A DNA stretch of 63,841 nt, counting the filler, from Octopus bimaculoides (Eukaryota): assembly GCF_001194135.2 (NCBI RefSeq). It is 3 parts of 3 records of this genome, joined end to end, with 100 filler letters (N's around TTAATTAATTAA, not from the genome) between each part and the next. Parts side by side here need not be neighbours in the genome. Positions count along the whole stretch, not along the records: positions 33,206 to 63,841 come from NC_068988.1; 2 more parts are not named here. The stretch is one strand, 5' to 3'. The first letter of the stretch is position 1; every line of letters begins with the position of its first letter. Both the position numbers and the translations under genes were made by a program. The notes beneath the pieces were generated by a model. It was not told the DNA's origin and ran no database searches. It saw nothing but the letters and a program-made list of their open reading frames with translations. Of the stretch, positions 37,701-48,969 are shown piece after piece.

Positions 37701-37995
37701 GTTCCTGCGCCCATGTTAGTCAGTTCTCTCTAATAATGATATCAGTCTTTGCTCTTAGTACTGCATCTGTACATGAGAGGACCTCTCAAAGTGAACACCG
37801 CAGTAACAAGTCGTTCTAATAATACATTCCCTAGAAGTAGGATATAAAGATTGCCATTGGATATTAATACTGCGTCCATCGCTAATATTTATTGTGCATG
37901 TGTGTGTGTGTGTGTGTGTGTCGCCATCACCACACGACTGGACAACTGGTGTTGTCTTGTTCGACTAAGCCCTTCTGTATGTATGCATGTATGTA

Positions 37996-38270
37996 CATGG
38001 GCCCGGGAACAGGGGGTGCAGGTGGTGCAAGTGCACCCCCTAGAATTTTTGCGGAGTGCAGAACCAAAATTTGCAGCCCTACTTATTTTACTCAGGTTTA
38101 CAAAACCGTGAATAAAAAAAGTGATGTGTAAAAAGTACCTTGAAGTTAGGTTCCTTCTCAAAGAACAAATCACAAAAATGAATAACAGAAAAAAAAAAAC
38201 AAGACCAAATTTGTAAAAGATTTGGACCTGGGTTTGCACCCCCTAAGCAAATTTTGTTCCTGAGCCACTG
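37996..38270. mobile_element. hAT-type MITE
   Basis: Termini catgggcccgggaacagggggtgc / gcaccccct...gttcctgagccactg. Identical 8-bp flanks tgtatgta at 37988-37995 and 38271-38278. Confidence 0.7.
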
Positions 38271-39569
38271 TGTATGTATGTATGGATGTATGTATGTGTG
38301 TATGTATGTATGTATGTATGTATACACTCACAGAGACAATGTAAAGAAGTGTGTATGTGAGTGTAACAAATCTAAACTGTATAATGTCGCTTAAAGATTT
38401 GATGAGAAAACTACAAATGTTGCGGTAAATTATGAAAATATTACGTTACGAGTTTTCTTATTCAATATGATGTTTATTTAAATTACGCGACTCCATTAAA
38501 CGATTGTTATTATAAATTAGAGAAAAGCCGAAACAGTTAGTATTACAATTTATGAATTATGTCTTTTGCTATTGAAGCTAACGCAGCTTTGCCTCCAATA
38601 ACAAGCCCTCACTTTCACTGGAACACTTCCTCTTTCATATCTCTAAATTAAAAGATACTATTTCCCAAATTCATAAATGTCAAAAATTCGTTCAATTCTT
38701 AATCTAAAATATGTAACTTTTTTTTCCGTTCTATAAATGAATGGTAAACAGATGTATTAATGTCAGCACTAAAATGTTATCAATATACAAAATAGAGCAA
38801 TAATATTAGCAGAAGGAAAATTGGTCAGTAATGAAATTACTAATGGTTATATTTAAAGCTCGTATGTGTCCAGTAATTAATTTAGACTAATAATCCAAAA
38901 ATAATTTCAAATGATAATAAACCTAACATATTCTAATCCACTAATATTAAGCATAACATTGAGAACGAGTCAAGTTTTCGTTAATTGGATATGTAATTAT
39001 GAATTCGAAATAGAAATATAAGATATAACTATTTCATTTAGTTTCATTAACATTTTATAATTCACTAATTTGAATAAGAATAATGTCACCTAATCGCTGG
39101 AAATAAACAGGCTACGCCATATCAATGATTTCGTTTTCATAGTATCTAAGTGGCAAAGTATCTAAGTGGCATAGTATCGAGTTCTATAGCAGTAAACGTT
39201 GATATGTAATAGCACATCCAACGAGAGATAAAATCAAAAGACTTCTTTTATATATTCGATATTAATTAATCACTTTAATGTAGCGCCACGCATTTGAAAA
39301 GAAAAAATATAGTCGGTTGAATCAATCACGATACGTTAGTAGCACTTGCATTAGTAATAGATATATGAAATTAAATGCCACATTTCTGACTCACGAACAT
39401 TGTACTCTGTTACTTTAGTTAGTGTCAGCATGTCAATATAGTAAGCGTAAAAGAAATCTAAACAGAAATAACTGTGCAGTAAGAAAAAAGACAGCTCAAT
39501 GGCTAATAATATTTAAATAGATTTGTGAATTCCTAAGCAGATAAACAGTATTGTACAATGGCTGGCTGT

Positions 39570-39900
39570 GGAGGCGCAATGGCCCAGTGGCTAGGGCAGC
39601 GGACTCGCGGTCATAGGATCGCGGTTTCGATTCCCAGACCGGGCGTTGTGAGTGCTTATTGAGCGAAAACACCTAAAGCTCCGCGAGGCTCCGGCAGCGG
39701 ATGGCGGCGAACTCTGCTGTACTCTTTCACCACAACTTTCTCTCACTCTTACTTCCTGATTCTGTTGTGCCTGTAATTCAAAGGATCAGCCTTGTCACAC
39801 TCTGTGTCACGCTGAATATCCCCGAGAACTAATTTCACGAGCAGGCTGTCCCGTTGATCGAATCAGCTGGAACCCTCGACGTCGCAAGCGACGGAGTGCC
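39570..39900 (+). mobile_element. tRNA-derived SINE family D, full length with an internal deletion in the tail
   Basis: A-box TGGCCCAGTGG at 39580 and B-box GGTTTCGATTCCC at 39623. Ends gacggagtgcc followed by (AC)n. Confidence 0.9.
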
Positions 39901-40902
39901 AACACACACTAACAACACAATGGTTGGCGTAAAAAATTAGCATACTCACGCATGAAAAACAGTTACGTTAGTTTTACCTTNNNNNNNNNNNNNNNNNNNN
40001 NNNNNNNNNNNNNNNNNNNNNNNNNNNNNNNNNNNNNNNNNNNNNNNNNNNNNNNNNNNNNNNNNNNNNNNNNNNNNNNNNNNNNNNNNNNNNNNNNNNN
40101 NNNNNNNNNNNNNNNNNNNNNNNNNNNNNNNNNNNNNNNNNNNNNNNNNNNNNNNNNNNNNNNNNNNNNNNNNNNNNNNNNNNNNNNNNNNNNNNNNNNN
40201 NNNNNNNNNNNNNNNNNNNNNNNNNNNNNNNNNNNNNNNNNNNNNNNNNNNNNNNNNNNNNNNNNNNNNNNNNNNNNNNNNNNNNNNNNNNNNNNNNNNN
40301 NNNNNNNNNNNNNNNNNNNNNNNNNNNNNNNNNNNNNNNNNNNNNNNNNNNNNNNNNNNNNNNNNNNNNNNNNNNNNNNNNNNNNNNNNNNNNNNNNNNN
40401 NNNNNNNNNNNNNNNNNNNNNNNNNNNNNNNNNNNNNNNNNNNNNNNNNNNNNNNNNNNNNNNNNNNNNNNNNNNNNNNNNNNNNNNNNNNNNNNNNNNN
40501 NNNNNNNNNNNNNNNNNNNNNNNNNNNNNNNNNNNNNNNNNNNNNNNNNNNNNNNNNNNNNNNNNNNNNNNNNNNNNNNNNNNNNNNNNNNNNNNNNNNN
40601 NNNNNNNNNNNNNNNNNNNNNNNNNNNNNNNNNNNNNNNNNNNNNNNNNNNNNNNNNNNNNNNNNNNNNNNNNNNNNNNNNNNNNNNNNNNNNNNNNNNN
40701 NNNNNNNNNNNNNNNNNNNNNNNNNNNNNNNNNNNNNNNNNNNNNNNNNNNNNNNNNNNNNNNNNNNNNNNNNNNNNNNNNNNNNNNNNNNNNNNNNNNN
40801 NNNNNNNNNNNNNNNNNNNNNNNNNNNNNNNNNNNNNNNNNNNNNNNNNNNNNNNNNNNNNNNNNNNNNNNNNNNNNNNNNNNNNNNNNNNNNNNNNNNN
40901 NN

Positions 40903-40939
<37 letters not shown>

Positions 40940-40951
<12 letters not shown>

Positions 40952-41973
40952 TCTCAGTAATGGATTTTTAAAAGAAAAGAAGGAAGTAAAAGCTACCGCC
41001 CGAGGGAACACATTTCGCTCATGCATAACCATTATATCAAGCGAATGATGAAAGTAAATGAAGAAAAAATTCAGAGGATTGTTTATATGGATGAAAGCCA
41101 CATCTTAACTTTTGTCGGGACGAGGATTCATTGTACGATCCAAATGATGAGCACGATCTTACAACTATTGCATATCACAAAGGACAACGGTGTTATTTCA
41201 TTGCTGCAGTTATAGAAGCCGATCGTAGTATTCCGAGCGATCAACGATCGGCTGGATTGCTGATGGACATGCTTGATATCTTTGAAGGGAAAAAGAATCA
41301 AACGAAAGATTATCATAGTATGTTTGATCGCGAATACTTTGTCAAATGGATGAAGCAGCTATTGTTGTCTTCGAAAGGAAGAAATATGTCCAATGCTCTT
41401 ATCGTGATGGACAATGCCAAGTACCATAAAAAGCTACCCGAAAATACGCCGAGAAAGAACAAGAAAGCAACATTACAAGAAGCGTGTACAAAATATGGAA
41501 TTGGTTTTGATGGCAACAAAACGAGAGCTATTTTATGGGGTAAACTGCATCCGTATACTCAAGGTAATGTAATTCCTGTTATTGCAAGAATGGCTCAAGG
41601 TGAAGGATATGAAGTTCTATTTTCACCACCTCATTACTCGCATTGACAACCAATTGACACTGCCTGGGTTGTTATAAAAGGAGAGGTTGGTAGGTAATAC
41701 ACAACTGACACTACATTCAAAGATGTACTTCAACGTTTGAAAGTTGCTTTTAATTACCTGAAAGCAAATACTGTTCAGGGATGCATCGATAATGCAAATA
41801 GGAATCTGAGAAGTTTATGGGAACACATAAAGTCTATGGAAGATGCTTATGTTGACAATGTTTTAGATGAGGATATGGGTTCTAGTGGTTCCTCTGATAA
41901 CGAGGAAAGCGTTACTGAAGACTCTGATAAAGATGATTAAAAATAAATCCGAATTTTCTTTTCTTGTACCATA
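40940..41973 (+). mobile_element. IS630-Tc1-mariner transposase with long catalytic spacing (DD81/82E, Sailor-like), degenerate; 5' part in gap
   Basis: IVYMDES (D at 41090), KGQRCYFIAA, KDYHSMFD, IVMDNAKYH (D at 41410), SPPHYS.*QPID (41656), W..IKGEVGR, acidic tail. 81 codons lie between the second and third catalytic positions. Confidence 0.8.
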
Positions 41974-44900
41974 TTTTTATAGCAAATGTTTAAAATATTG
42001 TATCAACTCATGATCATACCTTTGCCAGAATTGTGCTATCAAAAACCCTAGGTTTTGGGAGTATCATGCAACATCAGAGGGTGTGTTAAAATTTTTAACA
42101 AGGTTCATTAGAATTCTCGATGTTGTCGTGGACTGGAAACATATTCTGATCATTTTAAGAAGTAGATGAGAAAGCTCTGGACATGCTGACATGCAAGTTA
42201 ATATAAATTCGTCTTGCTTGGAACGCTGTAAATAATGCGATGTGGTTGGAATGCAAGTCAAATCCATGTCAATTCTGCATGCTAAAGGCTTAGAGAATTT
42301 CGTGGACAGTATAGTGGTAAACAATCGAGCATCGCGACAAGCGTCTTGTGCTTTTTGGTTACAATCTCCTTCGAGGTTTATAAAATAAGTACCTCAAAAT
42401 GTCGACCGAATCAATTCATTTCCTGAACATTGGAAATGTTCAAATGTAAGACCTCACTATCGATTTACTTGAAAAGTCGCAGAGGAATGTCAAAAGAAAA
42501 GGATTGTGAAATAATATTCACACGTTTCGTTAATGGAATAAATTAAGTAGTTTTTACTAGAAATCCATACATGATCGTATGATGAGTGGTTATTTCAGTT
42601 GTTCTAGAGAACACACAACTGTTTAATATTGATTATCTTGCTTAGATATTAAGTTTTAGGAAACCGTTTAGGATCTTGTGATGTCGTAATGATATTACCT
42701 TCCTAAGTACATTACTTACGTATGTAAAATCAAATTGTTTCAACTAGGAATTAAAACTGTATGAATCTGCCAGGTATGTACTTCTTGAGATAAGCTACTT
42801 TATGTTCTTCGACTGAAAGTAGTTTTACTATTTATATTGATGTTGCATTTTGCAAAAGCATAAATTTTACAATATCCTGATTTATGCATTCCTTCATGTA
42901 CAGAATGGAGTCAATATAAACTTGTTAACTAAAAATAATTGGCGAAGGAAGGCTATACAGTGGAAACTTTCGCTAAAATAAAGGCAAAGTTCGATTTCTG
43001 TGGGATTTTTACTGAGAACGTAACGAAAATTACATACTATAATCATTTAGCCCAGTTCTCTATCGTTTATAGCAATTATTTGCCCCTTTACCCTCTTAAA
43101 TATGGTCATGTATTAAATAGATGATTAAATCGAAATGCAGCTGATTATTAGCTTGTATTCCGCTGACCCCGAAACTAAGAAAAGCAAATTTGATCTTGAC
43201 CGAATTTAATTCAGATCCTACGAGAACGAAACAAAATACAGTAGGTTGCATGTCAGAAATACAGGCATGTCTCAAATTCTCATTCACCTTAAAAAATTTA
43301 CTCACTATTAAATTTCTAGTCTTCTTCACTTTTTTTCTCTGGGCATTGTGTTACTTGCGCTGTATAAACTGTTATAAAGGTATCATATTGCTAAATGTCG
43401 AAGTCTGTTGTAAATTATAAATGTGATACCCTTACCTGAGATTTGTTAAAGGATAGAGTAATAGCCAACTGTTTCAATTATAGGCGTCACTTCCAGCGTT
43501 GATCTAATGGAGTAGGTGGATCATCCTTTCTCTGAACACTTATTTCTATATATGGTTACGTGCTGATTAATAAGCAAAAAGAAAAAAATGTTTTTAAGTA
43601 CTTAAAATTATACTTATCATTATGGGTGTAGATTCAGTTAATACCCGTTCCCACTGTTCTTATTTTTGTTCTCTTCGTGGTTGGTGGAGTTAATGTGGTT
43701 ATTATTAAATATTCTCGCATAACTGCCCGAACACTTTCTTTTTGCTCTCAGCATCGGAAAAAAGTGGCAACCTTCAAGTTGGTTACCTCATCACTGAAAG
43801 ATTCTCTTTTACTACTAGTTTGGATAAGTGCTTCACTTCTCAGCTAACGAACCTTAAAAGTGAGCAGATATCTTCTGCCACAGAGAATATTTTCTATGAT
43901 AAATAATCTCTAATTTTCATGTCACTTCCTCGATACGAAAATTTTGAAACAATACACTAACTTACTTCAGCATAATTAAATATCCATCCAATAAGTTACC
44001 AGGATGAGCTGTGTTGTGTTAGGAATGTCCAAATCACTTCCAAAATCCTATCTTCTTAGAGCCAAAATAATTATTATCTCTAAACAGCTGCTATAAAGTA
44101 CTAGATCTATAATAGAATATTGTTTTCACATCTGCACAATGAGCAGCAGTTTCATCCACAGGCACTAAGGCTGCAACCACCAATGGAAAGATATCTTGCT
44201 TATTCATAAGAGTATCCTCGCCAACTCACTCCAAAACTTATTGCTTAGACGTATTCTTTCATAATTTTACCTATTTTACCTCCAATACAAAAGCCACATG
44301 CCATGTCATATCTGTCCCTCTTTTGTGGTTAGTTGTAGAATCATGCCGTCTATTTCTTCCTTCCCAGAACGTCAACTCTCTAGACACATCCACAGCCCTT
44401 TTTCTTACATTTTAAATAGCAGCAGATCAAAATAAGCATCATAGACATTAATCTTACAAGTCTTGGAACCTCTGCAAAGACTATGGGTAGATTTACCTCC
44501 TCCCAACAGGAATCCAAATAATATATATATATTTATATGAATAGATATAAGTTGTAATAATTAGATCAAACTGAATTGACATTTGAAAATTATTTAATGC
44601 GTTACATCTTTTCGTAATACATAATAGGAAATACATCCTTTACGTAAACCTTAATCAGTTAAAAAAAATTTTTCAGAATATGAAGGAATTGATGGAAATA
44701 TTTCAAAATATATGGTTAGAACAGTAAGTCAGTTACTAAGTTAGGAGGATGGATATATATAAAGAAGAGAAAGAGGAGATGGTGGGAAGAGAAAAAAGAG
44801 TAAAAGAGAGAAAGATATAAAGTGAGATAAGTGGAGAAGGGGGAGATACGAGTGAATAGAATTGAAGAGGAAATGGGACGGTTGTGTTTGCATATAAAAG

Positions 44901-45037
44901 GATAAAGAGTAGAAGACAGAGGTTAGCAATTGGGGGGGGAGACGGGAAGGAAATGAACCAGATGTCAGGGTGTAGTTAAGAGTCGTAGTAGTGAATGAAA
45001 TTTGTTGTATATGACCTTGAACATAATAATAATAATG

Positions 45038-45088
<51 letters not shown>

Positions 45089-45652
45089 GTGGGAACACAA
45101 ACCACCCCCAGTACTTGAAAATGATCACATTGCACTCCTCTGGAACTTCACCATTCAAACTGACAGAAAGATAGACGCAAATAGGCCAGACATCATACTG
45201 AAAGACTTCAGACAAAAATCATGCCTCCTCATTGATATGACTGTCCCAATCGATATAAACGTATCTGTCAAGACCTACCAAAAACTGAGCAAATATAAAG
45301 ATCTTGAAATAGAAATTAGCAAAATGTGGAATCTGAAGACAAAAACAATACCTATTGTCATAGGNNNNNNNNNNNNNNNNNNNNNNNNNNNNNNNNNNNN
45401 NNNNNNNNNNAGATAGTGCTCATGGGAACTGCCCATATCCTACGTAAAATACTGTCTATGTGATCTCAAATTTTAAAGCAAACATAATTTTCTTATGGTT
45501 TCTTAAACATTCACTTGAACAAAACTGTACAAATCCAAATATATGGTACCCTAGGCATAACACCTACATGAACTTCTAACTTGTTGTCTCTTGAGGTCTC
45601 TGGGTGAGACTTGGATCCAACTTGTACAAATGCAAAACAAAAGTCAAACATA
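45089..45652 (+). mobile_element. R4/Dong-like RLE LINE, 3' fragment 1
   Basis: WEHKPPPVLEND..LLWNFTIQTDRKIDANRPDII...IDMTVP..K..KYKDL...IVLMGTAHILRKIL. Flanked by (AAT)n. Confidence 0.85.
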
Positions 45653-45671
45653 AAATAATAATAATAATAAT

Positions 45672-46201
45672 GGGGGTTAGAGAGAGACAAGACGTGGTAT
45701 GAACGCAAACTGCAGAGACTGGCAGAGTCGGAGACAAGCAAAATCCTCTGGGATTTTCCAATCCAAACGGATCAGGTGCTAGAGCATAACAGACTGGATC
45801 TAGTGGTAGTGGACAAGGTGCACCAGATATGCTATAAAGTTGACATTGCATGCCCCTTTGACCCACGAATAGTCAAGAAGGAAGGCGAAAAGATAAATAA
45901 ATACAATCCTCTTAAGTATGAAGTAGCCCGGCTATGGAAAATGAAGAAGGTGAAGATAGTGCCAATTATTGTTGGGTCCTTGAAAACAGAATCAGAAGGT
46001 ATCAAGAGGAATATAAAGGAAATTAGAATAGAGTGCCCAGTAGAAGTGTCACAAGAGGTTTGCCTCCTTGGCACGGCCAGAATAATCAGGAAAGTATTAG
46101 CTCGCTGAAAAGAACGAATAGCATGGTACCGTAGGCTGCAGGTAGTAAGCCCGCTACGCATGCAAGACTCCAAGAGTTCCAACAAAACCTGTGATAAAGA
46201 G
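45672..46201 (+). mobile_element. R4/Dong-like RLE LINE, 3' fragment 2
   Basis: WYE...KILWDFPIQTDQVLEHNRLDLVVVDK...DIACP...K.KY..L...LLGTARIIRKVL. Flanked by (AAT)n. Confidence 0.85.
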
Positions 46202-46269
<68 letters not shown>

Positions 46270-48817
46270 TAAGAGAACAAAAATGCTGGGCACTGAACAG
46301 GAAGTATGATATTGAAAGAAAGAAAGAAAGAAAGGGCTTGAAAGTGGTAATGGAGGGACTGAAACGGCACCTCGTTGAAAAGAAAGCAAAAATGGTAAGA
46401 TACGACCAAAGAATGAAGGGATACCATCAGAATAGATTATTCAGAGTAAATCAGAAGAGATTTTATAAAGAAATAAGTGGAGAGTGTACAGATGAAAAGT
46501 CGATACCAGATAACATTGAAAGTTAAAGATTTTGGAGTGACATCTGGAGCAAAGACAAGTAGCACACGACGGATACTGAATGGTTGCAAGAACTGAAACA
46601 GGAAGAACTAGTCATTTCATTTAGGAATATGAGGAAATTAGCAAAAAATAGGCAATTAGAAGGCCCCGGGACCAGATGGAGTTCAAGGCTATTGTATCAA
46701 AAGATTTGGGGAATGCCATGCACGAATAGCTGCACAACTCAACACCCTGTTAAAGGACAACCAAGTAACACCAGAGTGGTTGATAATGGGTAGAACAGTG
46801 TTGTGCTTGAAAAACATGGGAAAAGGCAATACAGTAGACAATTTCAGGCTGATATCCTGCTTGCCACTTATGTGGAAATTATTGACAGGAATAGTCGCAG
46901 AGTCAATGTACGGACATCTGGAAAAAATGGAGTCCTGCCACATGAGTAGAAGGGTTGCAAGCGTAAGTGTAGAGGTACCAGGGATCAACTCCTGGTAGAC
47001 AAAACTGTACTTAGAGACTACAAGAGGTGGAAAACTAACTTAGCCATGTTATGGATCCATTATTGTAAGGCGTACGATATGGTCCCACATTCTTGGATTA
47101 TGGAATGTATGAACCTATTTGGTATTGCATCAAATGTTGAGGGATTGCTTGGAAAAAGTATGGTGAAGTGGAGGACGGAACTGACAGCATATGGAAGAAG
47201 TTTAGGGACAATAGAGATCAGGAGAGGTATCTTCCAAGAGGACTGCCTTTCCCCACTGACCTTTCTACTGTGCATGGTACCACTAACACTGATTCTGAGG
47301 AAAGCAAAGGCTGGGTATGTATTCAAGAGAGGCCAACAAAAAGTCAACCATTAGTTATTCATGAATGACCTCAAACTTTATGGTAAAGATGAATCCCAAG
47401 TCAGTTCCCCCGTTGATACGGTGTATACTTTCAGTGCTGATATCGGAATGGAGTTTGGACTGAAAAAGTGTGGTGTGTTAGTCATGAAGCGAGGCAAAAT
47501 CAAATGTATAGACGGGCTAACGATACCGTCGGGGGAGGTTATGAAGCAGATAGAAGAGACGAGCTATAAGTACTTGGGGATTTTGGAAATGGATAAATTC
47601 GAGAAAGAAATGACAGAAAAATTTAAGGTGGAGTACAATTCGAAATTAAATGGAACAAAATAAGAATGAAGCTATCAACATCTGTGTGGTTTCATTCCTT
47701 AGATATAGAGCAGGGGTAATAGCATGGACAGTAGACGAAATAAACAACTTAGATAGAAAGACAAGGAAGTTGCTGACTAGATATGGGATAGTCCCTCCCA
47801 AAAGTGACACAGACAGACTGCATGTACAACGAATAAGAGGATGCGAACACAGCATTAGAGCAGAAGAAAACATAGCATTGTATGTAAAAAAAAATGCCAC
47901 AGAACCACTATTATTGGAAGTAAGAAGGTCAGGCTTTCGTAGGATGGAAGATTGCAAAGATAAAGTACTGTACAAGCACTTGAGAATGAATGAAATTGAA
48001 AATAGGTGAACAAAGAAAAGAAGGCATGGACAATTTCATAGATAAGACAGGCAGGAAAAAAACAGATGCCTATGGAAGACTAAAAGTGATTTAAAATCGA
48101 AAACGGAGGCTCTAATCTGTGCTGCCCAAGAGCAAGCATTAAGAATCAATCGCATCAAATACAGAATATACAACACATCAGAAAGTGATAAATGCAGAAT
48201 TTGTGGACAAAATGGTGTAACCGTATGGCATATTACCAGCCAATGTACGCCAATAGCCTAGAAAGAATATAAGAGACGTCACGACAAAATATAGCAAGGA
48301 TTGTCCACTGGACACTTTGCAATTTGTATGGACTTGACAGGGCAAAAAAGCGGTACGAACATAAACCCGAAGGCATCATTGAAAATGATGATGCAAAGAT
48401 TCTATGAGATTTTATGATTCAGTGAGACCATGAGAGAGAGAATAAGAAGCCAGACATAGTGTTAATTGAGAAAGAAAGCAAACGATGATCGATCATTGAT
48501 ATAGCATGCCCAGCTGACAGCAAGGTATGCGATAAGGAAGAAAGAAAAGTCGATAGATATAACAGGTTAGTTTGGGAGTTGTGGTCGCTGAAAAAGGTAG
48601 AAGTACTACCAATAATTGTGGGAACCCTGGGAACAGTGAGTAAAAATCTTGAAAAGATCATGGAACAAATAGGGGATGCAACAAGGGTAGAGCACTTGCT
48701 TGGAACCACTCGAATACCCCGGATGGTGTTCGAAAAGTAAGGGGTGTTACCTTAGTTCACTGGTAGTGAACAACTGACACCATAGTACATCTCCTGCGTT
48801 AGAAGCTGTGGAGAGAC
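46270..48817 (+). mobile_element. R4/Dong-like LINE, 5'-truncated, with RT, CCHC and RLE; degenerate
   Basis: RYDQR...[83 protein letters not shown]. Confidence 0.9.
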
Positions 48818-48842
48818 AATAATAATAATAATAATAATAATA

Positions 48843-48881
<39 letters not shown>

Positions 48882-48969
48882 TTAAGATATACACATACAT
48901 ACACACATGCATACACACCTACATATATAAATATATATATATATATATACACCTATATATACATATACG

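Larger units (their letters stand above)
37040..37850. mobile_element. Three copies of a hammerhead-bearing repeat: two tandem (minus strand, 339-bp period) and one inverted
   Basis: tttgagag.tcctctcat.t.ga.gtacag..ctaaga.cac..acatatatcgttagcag...ccagat.acgtgatttcagc at ~37064 and ~37398; reverse complement at 37655-37850. Confidence 0.85.

Noticed and set aside
39570-39645. tRNA-like sequence with A and B boxes
   Set aside because: It continues into a 330-bp dispersed repeat (second copy at 32268-32598), so it is a SINE head and not a tRNA gene.
42064-42324. 86-aa minus-strand ORF, and an AWNAV motif resembling pogo/Tigger
   Set aside because: Too short and no second supporting motif.
45025-48882. 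Repeat-spacer-repeat layout superficially like a CRISPR array
   Set aside because: The repeats are trinucleotide microsatellites and the spacers are LINE fragments in a eukaryotic context; there are no cas genes.
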